Below, one piece after another: positions 21,616-31,395 of a stretch of DNA of 64,000 nucleotides (the stretch's first letter is position 1; every line of letters begins with the position of its first letter). The notes under the pieces are model-generated. The model saw nothing but the letters and a program-made list of their open reading frames with translations. It ran no database searches and was not told the DNA's origin. The translations under genes and the position numbers were made by a program. The stretch covers positions 2,240,001 to 2,304,000 of the forward strand of contig OZ253470.1 of the NCBI GenBank assembly GCA_965261735.1. The letters are read 5' to 3'. This DNA is from Alphaproteobacteria bacterium. GTDB lineage: Bacteria > Pseudomonadota > Alphaproteobacteria > SHVV01.

Positions 21616-22535
21616 CTTGCCTATCCGGTGTACACCCACACCCACTAGGGCTAGAATGGGCGCAAACCGGATATAGGGGAGCGCGCCATGGATGTTCTCG
21701 ACCGCGCCGATCTCCCATTCCCGCATTCGCTACCCGAGTTCCAGCGACTTTTCCCCGATGATGCGGCCTGCGCCGCCTACCTGGAGAAAGCCCGCTGGGG
21801 AGACGGCTTTGCGCTGCCGCAAGTGCCGCCAGAACGCCGGGCTGACGGTGGGAACAGTGATGGAGCGTAGCCACACTCCGCTGAACGTCTGGTTCTGGGC
21901 CGCTTATCTGGTCGCCAGTCAGACGCCCGGCATGTCCGCCGTGCAGTTTCAGCGGCAACTTGGTCTTTCGCGAACGCGTGGGGAAGGCCGTGGTGTTCAC
22001 CACAAGGTTCCCGTCTCCTGTGCCATCGAGGTGCGTCATCGAAAGCCGGGCACCAAGCTCGACAACCGGAAAGACGGACGCTATGCCGGACGCGTTCGGC
22101 TCGCCGTCGTGCTCGACCGTAGCGCCGAGTCGCTCTGTGGGTTCGTCGAGAGCACCGTCGCGCCGCGATCGCTGATCGTTACTGACGATTGGAGCGGCTA
22201 TGCTGGCCTCGGTAAGCGCGGCTATGAGCACTTCGCTGTTGCCGAGTGTGGTGATCCAGAGGTTGCCGAGCAATACCTGCCGATCATCCATCTGGTTTTC
22301 GCCAACCTGAAGACGTGGCTGATCGGTATCCACCACGGCGTTAGCCACCAGCACCTACAAGCCTACCTCAACGAGTTCACCTTCCGCTTCAACAGGCGGT
22401 TCTACCCGTTCAACGCCTTCCGCTCATTGCTCGGCATCGCGGGCGACACCTCTGCTCCAACCTATGCCGAGCTTTACTCGGGAGAGTGGCGGCACCCTAC
22501 ATGTAGCGGTCATGGGCGTTAACCGGATAGGCAAG
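21616..22535 (+). mobile_element. IS1595 element A with two internal deletions (920 bp)
   Basis: Both IRs present, with 8-bp duplication CATCCTTC. It lacks 62 bp and 123 bp relative to the full copies. Confidence 0.93.
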
Positions 22536-22848
22536 CATCCTTCTTCAGATAGGCCCTGTAGGGCGTGATGCACATGCCGCGCACCCGATCCCGGTGGATG
22601 ACGTAGAACAGATGCTCCTGTCCTGGCGCCGGAGGGCCCGGCGGCCGGACCTCCAGCGCGGGGGCGATCCTTCCGGGCCAGAGATCGAGCCACCGGCTGA
22701 CCTCGCCCGGCAGAAGGGCGGGGTCCGCCGGGCCGTGTGCCCCGGTCCGGCGCTCCGACATTCCCCGCGCGTCAAGCAGCAGGGCGGCGACATGCTTGCA
22801 GTTGAAACCCACCGGGCAGGAACAATGCCCCTCGACCCGGCCAGGCAT

Positions 22849-22860
22849 CGGATAGGCAAG
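22849..22860. repeat. 12-bp IS1595-A terminal IR remnant
   Basis: CGGATAGGCAAG caps the truncated SWIM gene. Confidence 0.65.
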
Positions 22861-22878
22861 GAAGGATCATGAGAGAAC

Positions 22879-23983
22879 CTTGCCTATCCGGTTAACGCCC
22901 ATGACCGCTACATGTAGGGTGCCGCCACTCTCCCGAGTAAAGCTCGGCATAGGTTGGAGCAGAGGTGTCGCCCGCGATGCCGAGCAATGAGCGGAAGGCG
23001 TTGAACGGGTAGAACCGCCTGTTGAAGCGGAAGGTGAACTCGTTGAGGTAGGCTTGTAGGTGCTGGTGGCTAACGCCGTGGTGGATACCGATCAGCCACG
23101 TCTTCAGGTTGGCGAAAACCAGATGGATGATCGGCAGGTATTGCTCGGCAACCTCTGGATCACCACACTCGGCAACAGCGAAGTGCTCATAGCCGCGCTT
23201 ACCGAGGCCAGCATAGCCGCTCCAATCGTCAGTAACGATCAGCGATCCCGGCGCGACGGTGCTCTCGACGAACCCACAGAGCGACTCGGCGCTACGGTCG
23301 AGCACGACGGCGAGCCGAACGCGTCCGGCATAGCGTCCGTCTTTCCGGTTGTCGAGCTTGGTGCCCGGCTTTCGATGACGCACCTCGATGGCACAGGAGA
23401 CGGGAACCTTGTGGTGAACACCACGGCCTTCCCCACGCGTTCGCCCGCCAACCCAGGTTTCGTCCACCTCAACATGGTTCTTGGGCTGTCCACCGATCCT
23501 GTCTTGGTTGGGCCGCACCATGCCCGAGCGGAGCTTGTGGAGAATTTGAAAGGCCGTCTCGTAGCGCGAAAGACCAAGTTGCCGCTGAAACTGCACGGCG
23601 GACATGCCGGGCGTCTGACTGGCGACCAGATAAGCGGCCCAGAACCAGACGTTCAGCGGAGTGTGGCTACGCTCCATCACTGTTCCCACCGTCAGCCCGG
23701 TGTTCTGGCGGCACTTGCGGCAGCGCAGGACGCCAGGGCGGTTTTCAAAGTGGAACGGCTCTCCCGCCGTGCCGCAGTGCGGGCAGGCAAAGCCGTCTCC
23801 CCAGCGGGCTTTCTCCAGGTAGGCGGCGCAGGCCGCATCATCGGGGAAAAGTCGCTGGAACTCGGGTAGCGAATGCGGGAATGGGAGATCGGCGCGGTCG
23901 AGAACATCCATGGCGCGCTCCCCTATATCCGGGTTGCGCCCATTCTAGCCCTAGTGGGTGTGGGTGTAAACCGGATAGGCAAG
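22879..23983 (-). mobile_element. IS1595 element A, full-length copy
   Basis: Near-identical to 473..1577; flanked by an AGAGAAC direct repeat. Confidence 0.93.
22892..23911 (-). CDS. IS1595-family transposase
   Basis: Intact 339-aa ORF, almost identical to 486..1505. Confidence 0.93.
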   Translation of the reverse strand: MDVLDRADLPFPHSLPEFQRLFPDDAACAAYLEKARWGDGFACPHCGTAGEPFHFENRPGVLRCRKCRQNTGLTVGTVMERSHTPLNVWFWAAYLVASQTPGMSAVQFQRQLGLSRYETAFQILHKLRSGMVRPNQDRIGGQPKNHVEVDETWVGGRTRGEGRGVHHKVPVSCAIEVRHRKPGTKLDNRKDGRYAGRVRLAVVLDRSAESLCGFVESTVAPGSLIVTDDWSGYAGLGKRGYEHFAVAECGDPEVAEQYLPIIHLVFANLKTWLIGIHHGVSHQHLQAYLNEFTFRFNRRFYPFNAFRSLLGIAGDTSAPTYAELYSGEWRHPTCSGHGR

Positions 23984-24223
23984 AGAGAACTTTCGGCGGC
24001 AAGTAAACATTTGGCTTGCCTTGAGGCCAAAGCCTACCAAATTGGAGGTGGAGTTTCTACGCTCGCCTCAATCCTGAGGCGAGAGAGGTCCGTAGATGGT
24101 TATGTATTCGACAATGACGATTGGCCCGATGGGTATGAAATAGAGAATCTTTTCTTGGATATGGCTGCCACTAAGGCAACAATATCCAAACTCACGAACC
24201 AGAAGGAAAGCCTAGGCATCTAA
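23984..24223 (+). pseudogene. 3' part of a hypothetical gene truncated by IS1595
   Basis: Open frame from the IS edge to a TAA that overlaps the next ATG (TAATG). Confidence 0.45.
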
Positions 24224-24651
24224 TGGATAGCATCGAAGCACTTTGGGCCGTCTATTTCGGTGACGCAGACGATAACCCGAACAATCCCTTTAGTTTTTTA
24301 CCCGGCATGTCCAATGCAGGTGTCGCTGTCATAGAGACCACGCGGGTTTTTGGTGGCGACTCGCAGTTCTTCTATCTCGGGAGCGTCAAAGTCACAGGAA
24401 CGCGCGTAACCGCTAAGATCACGGTGACCCATTTTAACGGCCCTGGTATGACGGCCTTTGGTGTCAACAGAACCGAACCGTTCGATGTTGAGGTAGATGG
24501 AAGTCGCGACGGAAATACGATTAGTGGTGAGATGTGGACATCTGATCAACCAAATGTGCGCCTGAAAATCATGTTTCAACGCTTGACAGAGCTACCATTA
24601 TTCAAGGTCACCGTAGTAGTCGTAAGTAATCCAGATGACCAAAACCTCTAA
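24223..24651 (+). CDS. GrlR-like beta-barrel protein
   Basis: GVAVIETTRVFGGDSQFFYLG resembles the GrlR-family GGD motif; beta-strand-rich sequence. Confidence 0.65.
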   Translation: MDSIEALWAVYFGDADDNPNNPFSFLPGMSNAGVAVIETTRVFGGDSQFFYLGSVKVTGTRVTAKITVTHFNGPGMTAFGVNRTEPFDVEVDGSRDGNTISGEMWTSDQPNVRLKIMFQRLTELPLFKVTVVVVSNPDDQNL

Positions 24652-24708
24652 GCCGCCCGCCCCTAAAGCCGCCCAAGCCCGCCGATATTGAGATAGAGGT
24701 GGTCAATC

Positions 24709-24829
24709 CTTGCCTATCCGGTAAAGCCCATGACCGCTACATGTAGGGTGCCGCCACTCTCCCGAGTAAAGCTCGGCATAGGTTGGAGCAGAGGTGTCGC
24801 CCGCGATGCCGAGCAATGAGCGGAAGGCG
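24709..24829 (-). mobile_element. IS1595-A right-end remnant
   Basis: About 120 bp matching 22879..23000. Confidence 0.9.
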
Positions 24830-24898
24830 GCCGCCATCCGATTGGTAGCCTTCGCTCTACTTGTGTCAATTTTTCTCAAACGCTTCCGCCGGAGGTAA
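24830..24898 (+). pseudogene. C-terminal transmembrane remnant (possible halA)
   Basis: Encodes LVAFALLVSIFLKRFRRR*, ending immediately before the nucleotidyltransferase GTG. Confidence 0.45.
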
Positions 24899-24899
24899 G

Positions 24900-25367
24900 G
24901 TGCATATTTATGCATTCGGATCGATCTGCAGAGGAGACCTGACTATCGACTCAGATATCGACCTTTTGGCGATCGTCGTAGGTCTAGATGAAAGATTTGA
25001 CCCAAGCAAATTCTCCATCTACTCGTACAATCGAATTACGAAACTATGGAACATTGGTAACGCCTTCGCTTGGCACTTGCATTATGAAAGCCGACTCATT
25101 TTCGCCGAGAACGGTCTCGATGACCTGGCGGAGCGCGGCCCGCCCGGTCCATATTGTCGGGGAGCATTAGATTGCGAGCGATTCAAGAACATTTTTGAGA
25201 ATGCCTATGAATCCTTGAGGACGGATAACGTGAGCACCGTGTTCGAGCTCTCAACAATCTTCTTCAGCATACGGAATTTAGCGACTTGTTAGTCACTCGG
25301 CGTTTGTAAGGAGCCTAATTTCGGTCGAGACGCTGCGCTACGGCTCGGGCAGTTGAGCGTGCTCTGA
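24900..25367 (+). pseudogene. Nucleotidyltransferase (HalB-like) with premature stop
   Basis: HIYAFGSICRGD...SDIDLL pol-beta motif and GNAFAWHL. TAG at 25290-25292, after which plausible coding sequence continues (SLG...FGRDAALRLG). Confidence 0.7.
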
Positions 25368-25692
25368 AGTAGTCCGCCTACTCCGACGAACCGCGGATCG
25401 CAGTGTACTCCGGGGACTGGTCCCGAGAACTCTGCTACGGTCGGCTTCTTTTGCTCTACGAGATCAAAGCCGGAACTGGAGCAGACTGCCAGCGAGCAGA
25501 ACAGCTCGCCGACGCCCTTCCTTCGCTTGTCACGGTTGACCAACAACGGCAGGCCGAGCGCCTCTTCAGAGCTTCTGATAATCGAGCTGAGGCCCTTTCT
25601 CCTGAGTCCTTACGCTTTATTGCAACAGCTGAGCATGTCGCAGCGCAACTGGAATTGAACGCACAGCTTGAGTGGTCACCCGCTGTAATAGG

Positions 25693-27043
25693 CGGTAGCG
25701 CATGCGATGGCGATGCTTGCGGAAGAAGGCGAGTTCCCGCTCGGTCTCGGCCCGGTCGGGCGCAGCGGCGGCATCGCGAAGGTGGCGCAGCGCCCGGATC
25801 ACCTTGGCGACGCCACGGGGATCGTGACGGAGGATCTCGCGGTACTTCTCGAACCAGCCGGGCGCCACGGCATGGTCGGACGCGGTTTGCAGATGTTCGC
25901 AAGCATGCCAGAAGTCGATCACCTCGGTTTCGGGCGACAGGGTCTCCAGGAAGGTCCAGTTGTCGGCGGCGCCATCGGCGATAGCGACGATCCCGATCTC
26001 GGGGCGTGCTCGCCTGATGTGTGCGACTTCGCTTGCAAGCTGCGCCTTCAGCGTGAGCTTGCCGCTCTCCGGCATGGGGCCGAGATAGAGGGTCTTCAGG
26101 CGCTTGCCCTCGGCGTCGTGGAAGGAGACCGTGCCGCAGGCGGCCTCGCGCCAGGAGGCCTTGGCGCGACCGTCCTCGCCGGGTCTCAGCGGCACCATGA
26201 CGCCGTCGAGGGAGACCGAGGCGGTGGTCGCGTCCTGCGGTATGCCCTCGGCCTCACGGATGCTGCCCAGCGTCTCCGGGCCGAGGCTCTCCCAGCATTC
26301 GTGCATGCTCAGGGTCAGGCGCTGCAGGGTGCTCACCGACGGCGTCATGGCGCCGGTCTTCGCAAAGAACGCCGCCGCTTCCCGGGCCGTGCAGCGACCC
26401 ATCATCAGCAGACCGAGCTCGGCCGCCGGCCGCGTCAGGTAATCGTCGACGAAGCCCAGGCTCTCGTCGACCGGCACCGGCGATGCCCCGCTCGCGCCGC
26501 TGCGGTAACGCGCTCGCCGGTAGGTCACCGGACCGAGCGAGGTCATGATCGTCTTCGGCGTCACCGCGACCCGGAACCAGCTCTGCCCGTCCCGCTCGAT
26601 CCGGGAAGCGCCATCGTCCCGGTTCTCGATGACGGCGCCCATGACATCGCGAGCGAACTCGTTCGTGGCCTCACGCACCCGCAACTCGACCTCCTCGGGC
26701 ACCTCGGGGCGCGGCTCGGAACGAAGCTCCTCGCGACACAGTGCGAGCACCCGGGCGGCCGCCTCGACGACCCGAGGAGGCAGGCCGGAAAGATCGATGG
26801 ACGAAGGCGCCGGAGGCGGGGATACTGCCATGGGAATGCCCCCGATGTTGGGTTTCGAGACACGGCATCGTACCGCTTCTGGCGGTGCGGAGCGTTCCCA
26901 CCTTCCCCTGCTCGACCCTGCCGTCGTGACAAAATCCTGCCTTGGAGCGGCCCATTGTCACGAATAGCCGTTTTCGGCCGTTCGTCTCGACACAAAAACG
27001 CACTAAATCAATGACTTGGATTTTCCATACCAGACCCACACCC
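25693..27043 (-). mobile_element. ISKra4-like element, 3'-truncated (transposase 26831 to ~25693)
   Basis: SLDGVMVP, WREAACG, IADGAADNW and IDFWHACEHL motifs. The final catalytic E region is missing. Probable left end GGGTGTGGGTC at 27043. Confidence 0.78.
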
Positions 27044-27187
27044 TTGAAATTCCGCAACGAGCACAGGCGAACAGCCGTGTCATTTGCCGTGATTGCGGTG
27101 GTGTTCACACGCTGAGCACGTTATTGAGGGCTCTCGACGAACGTTATGAGCGGAACAAGTCCGGAGGCGATCCGCAGAAATGAACGA

Positions 27188-27260
27188 GTGGCTTCCGATC
27201 TCGACATCTGGCGCGCCGCCCAAGGACGATACAGCAGCATAGCGACGGCGCGGCCCTACA
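27188..27260 (+). pseudogene. Remnant of a small conserved alphaproteobacterial protein
   Basis: SDLDIWRAAQ..IQQH.DGAALH with a frameshift. Confidence 0.4.
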
Positions 27261-27343
27261 TCACACCTCCGCTCCCGCGCACTCCCACAACTGCGTTCGT
27301 TGCCGTAAGCTGATCAACCGCAAGCGATCTGGAGGATGGCGAG

Positions 27344-27487
27344 ATGGGGTTTATGTTATTCTTGGAAATTGTCGCGCTCGCCGCGATGGTGTGGTTTTTG
27401 TACCGGATCGATTCCAAGCTCCAGGCGATCGGTGACATGATCAATGAAGCCCGCAGGCACGAGGCGCCACGGAGGCTGACGGACTAA
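27344..27487 (+). CDS. Small (47 aa) single-pass membrane protein
   Basis: GGAGGA RBS; MGFMLFLEIVALAAMVWFLYRIDSKLQAIGD... It is below the ORF-track size cutoff. Confidence 0.5.
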   Translation: MGFMLFLEIVALAAMVWFLYRIDSKLQAIGDMINEARRHEAPRRLTD

Positions 27488-28035
27488 GCCGGAATCGGCC
27501 CTGAAGGCCCTGACACACCGATTCCGACCTTCCGCGCAACAATCTGTCGCGTTCAGCCGGCCGCTGAATGGCCTTCCCGCACTTGGCCGGGACAGGGATA
27601 CTCCCCATATCCTTGGATAGGACGCCGCAGGGAGCCGCGCGGCACACCCTCGTGCCCTCCAGGCTCGGCTCCCTGCGACTCGCGGGATCATCAAAGCTGT
27701 GTCCTGCCGTGGTCCCGCGATTTTTGTTGGCATCGATAATCGGAATTTCCCAGTTTAGGGTCGGACTAAGGATGGCTTCATATGACGTATTGAGCGAACT
27801 TGAAAACCAGTTCACAGAGCTATTTGTGAATAATCCGGTACTCGAATCCTACAATTCAATGAAGCTCTGATTTCCTGGAATATTCCATCGGTGTCGTTCA
27901 CCTCCGATTTCAGATAAATTTCAATGAAGTGACGGTCCTTTATGCAACGTGGCGTTTTGCCAAATCCGACTCAATGATTAGGATTTCCGCCACGCTAAAG
28001 TGTCGCCTAAAAGCCGCTACAATGCCGTCCGAGTC

Positions 28036-28145
28036 CCTGCTCGGCATCGCCGGAGATATCTCCGCTTCGACCTGCACCGAGCTTTACTCAGGAAAATGGG
28101 TGCACACTACATATAGTGGGTGTGGGTGATAACCGGATAGGCAAG
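28036..28145 (+). mobile_element. Diverged IS1595-A-related right-end remnant
   Basis: Encodes LLGIAGDISAST.TELYSGKW.H and ends in AACCGGATAGGCAAG. Confidence 0.85.
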
Positions 28146-28309
28146 GTTTGTTGTTTCATTCCGTGACCGTTTCCGCGTTTCTGTCGTGGCCGTCCGGGGG
28201 CATCCGGGCGCCGTCCTCGGTAACAGCCTGTCGCGACAGAGCTGAGCCGACGGGACTGGAAGGCTAGTCGGGCGTTGTCCGAAGGTAAAGCGCGAGGGTT
28301 TGCCGTCAG

Positions 28310-28401
28310 TGTTGACCGGCGTCGAATGTTGACCCCTCACAGTCACGCAATATCAATGCATTAGCACGCCGATCGGCGTCGAATTGGCGCGCCGATCAAC
28401 A
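28310..28401. mobile_element. 92-bp IS21-type miniature element
   Basis: TGTTGACCGGCG...TGACCCC at the left and ...CGCCGATCAACA at the right. Flanks are GTCAG and GTCTG. Confidence 0.65.
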
Positions 28402-28533
28402 GTCTGGGACGAACCGCAGCCCGAACCCCGGCACAACACCCACCCAAAGCGGCGCCTCTCGTCCCGTCGGTGACGGCGACGAACCTGCTCACCGCACTCG
28501 GCGCCTGGCTTTTCCTCACCAGCTGACATCGGC

Positions 28534-29686
28534 TAGTGGATTGATCGGAACGAAAGAGTCCGATTTGAGATTCCGTATTGTGCGGTGTCATGCGAGTCTG
28601 TGCTATGCGCACCGGCATCCATTTTACTGTCACGTCTGGCGACCGTCAGCGATTGCAAGCTATCGTCGCGGACCCGAAGAGCTCGCAGAAACATGTCTGG
28701 CGGGCGCGGATCATCCTGAAGAGCGACGAGGGGCTCGGGAACTCGTCGATCATGGCCGAGACCGGCAAGTCCAAGACCTGTGTCTGGCGCTGGCAGGAGC
28801 GGTTCATGCACGAGGGTGTCAACGGCTTGCTTCGCGACAGGTCCCGTCCGCCTGGCAAAGCGCCGATCCCGCCGGAGCGCGTCGCCGAGATCGTCCGCCT
28901 GACCCAGCAAGCGCCGCCGCACGAGGCGACCCACTGGACGCTGCGCGCGATGGCGAAGGTTGCTGGCGTCGCGGCGTCGACGGTCCAAGCGATCTGGAAG
29001 GCCCATGGCCTCAGCCCGCACCGCTGGCGGCACTTCAAGCTCTCCAATGATCCCGCCTTCGCCGAGAAGCTCACAGATATCGTCGGCTTGTATGTCGATC
29101 CGCCGGCCCATGCCGTGGTGCTGTCGGTTGATGAGAAATCACAGATCCAGGCGCTCGACCGCACCCAACCCGGCTTGCCGATGAAGAAGGGCCGCGCCGG
29201 TACGATGACCTATGATTACAAACGGCATGGCACGACGACGCTGTTCGCCGCGCTCAACGTGCTGGACGGTACGGTCATCGCACAGAACATGCAGCGCCAC
29301 CGCCATCAGGAGTTCATCCGCTTCCTCAACCGCATCGAGCGCGAGGTGCCGACGGACAAGGCCGTCCACGTCATCCTCGACAACTACGCCGCGCACAAGA
29401 AGGACAAGGTCCGCGCCTGGCTCGCCCGCCATCCACGCTGGACCTTCCACTTCACGCCAACCTCGTGCTCGTGGCTCAATGCCGTCGAGGGCTTCTTCGC
29501 CAAACTAACGCGGCGCAGGCTCAAATACGGCGTCTTCCAATCCGTCGTCGACCTTCAGGCCCCCATCAACCGATTTGTCCGCGAATACAATGACGCAAAC
29601 CCAAAACCCTTCATCTGGAAAGCCGACCCCGATCATATCATCGCCGCACGAAACAGAGGGTTCCAAACGTTGGAATCAATCCACTA
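28534..29686 (+). mobile_element. IS630-family element
   Basis: TAGTGGATTGAT...ATCAATCCACTA ends, inserted in CTAG (TA duplication). Confidence 0.92.
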
Positions 29687-29687
29687 G
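28605..29687 (+). CDS. IS630-family transposase
   Basis: VDEKSQIQAL, DYKRHGT, ILDNYAAH and SWLNAVE motifs. Confidence 0.93.
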   Translation: MRTGIHFTVTSGDRQRLQAIVADPKSSQKHVWRARIILKSDEGLGNSSIMAETGKSKTCVWRWQERFMHEGVNGLLRDRSRPPGKAPIPPERVAEIVRLTQQAPPHEATHWTLRAMAKVAGVAASTVQAIWKAHGLSPHRWRHFKLSNDPAFAEKLTDIVGLYVDPPAHAVVLSVDEKSQIQALDRTQPGLPMKKGRAGTMTYDYKRHGTTTLFAALNVLDGTVIAQNMQRHRHQEFIRFLNRIEREVPTDKAVHVILDNYAAHKKDKVRAWLARHPRWTFHFTPTSCSWLNAVEGFFAKLTRRRLKYGVFQSVVDLQAPINRFVREYNDANPKPFIWKADPDHIIAARNRGFQTLESIH

Positions 29688-29859
29688 GTGTCCGCTAAAC
29701 TCTTGGCGGACATCTACGAAGTTTCCGCTCCCCGGTCGCCCAGCCTGCCCAATCTCACCCGATCAGAACAGGTGGCCGACGTAGGATGGATACTTTGGCT
29801 AACTCCTCGCTCATGGAGAGAACAAAATCCATGCCCGAACAGCATTCACTGGAGAGCAT

Positions 29860-29890
29860 GCTGAGTTGATGGGATTCGAACCAACGGTAT
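29860..29890 (-). other. Degenerate tRNA 3'-half fragment (att-like)
   Basis: The minus strand reads CCGTTGGTTCGAATCCCATC, a T-arm consensus. There is no full cloverleaf. Confidence 0.5.
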
Positions 29891-30127
29891 GCTTTGCGCA
29901 CCGCTTTGTTTTTTCGGAGTGTTTTCAGCGCTTTAGGCTCTGAGAAACCCGCGCCAAACGAGCTCTTTGTAGTGGACTTCCGGGCGCCAGGAAGCGGTAC
30001 TGTCGTCAGGTCGAGGAACGGGACAGTCCCCGCTCTCCGCCCGCCCGGACCGGGGTTCATACCCCTACCGGGCTTGGGGTGGTGGGAGGCCGCGCAAGGG
30101 GCGCGGCCGGAGACGGAGGACCGCCCC

Positions 30128-30424
30128 ATGACCAAGCGAACCCCGAACAAAACGCGCCCGCGCACCCGTGCGAAGAAGAAGAGCGCCGCGACGAGCGCTC
30201 AGAAATCGGATGCGGCCAGACGCCCGAGCGGCAAGCTCGGCCTGATCGTGGACCGGCTCGAACGAACGGCCGGAGCGACGATCGACGAACTTGTCGATGC
30301 GACGGGATGGCAGAAACATTCGGTCCACGGCGCTCTGAGCCGGCTCCGGTCAGCGGGCTTCGCCATTCGTCTGGAATTGACGGTGGGACGGAAGGCCTAT
30401 CGGCTCGCACCGGCCGAGGCGTAA
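30128..30424 (+). CDS. DUF3489-family winged-helix protein
   Basis: GATIDEL..ATGWQKHSV.GALS motif; RBS GGAGGA. Confidence 0.85.
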   Translation: MTKRTPNKTRPRTRAKKKSAATSAQKSDAARRPSGKLGLIVDRLERTAGATIDELVDATGWQKHSVHGALSRLRSAGFAIRLELTVGRKAYRLAPAEA

Positions 30425-30427
30425 GCC

Positions 30428-30967
30428 ATGTCAGTTACGGAAATCCACACTATGGAAAGCCCGACGCGCGCAGACGGCGCGCCAAGTGACGCGGGCTCCG
30501 AAGACGCAGTGGCTGCCAAGCTTCGGGCTCTCGAGGGTATGACCTACGACGGATTACGCGTCGAATGGCGGCGGCTTTACCGCGCCCATCCGCCGAAGCG
30601 GGTGGCGCGCGATCTGCTCGTGCTTGGTGTCGCCTGGAAGATTCAGGAGCAGGCCTATGGCGGCCTTGGCGCAGCCACCAAGCGGCGCCTCGCCGATCTG
30701 GCGAAGACCATGGAACAGGACGGCGACCTCGCCCGGCGTCGTGTTGCACGGCTGAAACCCGGGGCGAGGCTGGTGCGCGAATGGCGCTGCCAAACCCACA
30801 CGGTGATCGTTCTCGAAGACGGGTTCGAATGGCAGGGCAAACGATGGCGATCGCTGTCGGTGATCGCCCGCGAGATCACCGACGCTCACTGGTCCGGCCC
30901 GCGCTTTTTTGGTCTGAACGGGAAAGCGGAGGCAGGCGTCGCGATCGGGGAGGCGGGCGATGCGTAA
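30428..30967 (+). CDS. DUF2924-family protein
   Basis: [21 protein letters not shown] and [21 protein letters not shown]. Confidence 0.88.
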   Translation: MSVTEIHTMESPTRADGAPSDAGSEDAVAAKLRALEGMTYDGLRVEWRRLYRAHPPKRVARDLLVLGVAWKIQEQAYGGLGAATKRRLADLAKTMEQDGDLARRRVARLKPGARLVREWRCQTHTVIVLEDGFEWQGKRWRSLSVIAREITDAHWSGPRFFGLNGKAEAGVAIGEAGDA

Positions 30968-31272
30968 ATCCACGACTGGCAAGGGGACGAACGGCAAAGC
31001 ATTAATCCGCTGCGCCATCTACACTCGGAAATCATCGGAGGACGGCCTCGAGCAGGACTTCAACTCGCTCGATGCCCAGCGGGAATCCTGCGAAGCCTTT
31101 ATCCTCAGTCAGAAGCACGAGGGCTGGACCGCGCTGCCCGAGATGTACGATGACGGCGGCATCTCCGGCGGCACCCTTGAGAGACCCGCCCTGAAACGGA
31201 TTCTTGCGGATATCGAGGCCCACCGGATCGACACTGTGGTCGTCTACAAGGTGGATCGACTGACACGCTCGC
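30960..31272 (+). pseudogene. Large serine recombinase, N-terminal fragment
   Basis: [32 protein letters not shown] and [12 protein letters not shown], then truncated. Confidence 0.9.
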
Positions 31273-31326
31273 CGAGGATCCGGAGATCACCAGCTTCACG
31301 CCGCGCAGCCCGCGCCGGGCCAGCGA

Positions 31327-31395
31327 GCGCGCTCCCCTATATCCGGTTTGCGCCCATTCTGCCCTAGTGGGTGTGGGTGTAACCGGATAGGCAAG
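31327..31395 (-). mobile_element. IS1595-A left-end remnant
   Basis: Matches 1507..1577 with two 1-bp deletions and one substitution. Confidence 0.9.

Larger units (their letters stand above)
15457..22848 (-). pseudogene. SWIM zinc finger-SNF2 helicase split by IS66 and IS1595
   Basis: SWIM motif CSCPVGFNCKH at ~22800; LADDMGLGKT, DEAQ, LTGTPLEN and QAMDRAHRIGQ in the 3' part. Removing both IS restores one 3183-nt frame. Confidence 0.92.

Noticed and set aside
25368-25692. Possible gene fragment (…SLRFIATAEHV…EWSPAVIG)
   Set aside because: It looks coding but is truncated on both sides and could not be assigned.
27773-27870. Short AT-rich ORF (MASYDVLSELENQFTELFVNNP…)
   Set aside because: Probably the 5' remnant of a lost gene; too short to assign.
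29860-29890. Functional tRNA gene
   Set aside because: Only a T-arm-like fragment; no D arm, acceptor stem or CCA.
24709-31395. One large IS1595-bounded composite transposon
   Set aside because: The outer flanks GGTCAATC and CAGTCACC do not form a target duplication.
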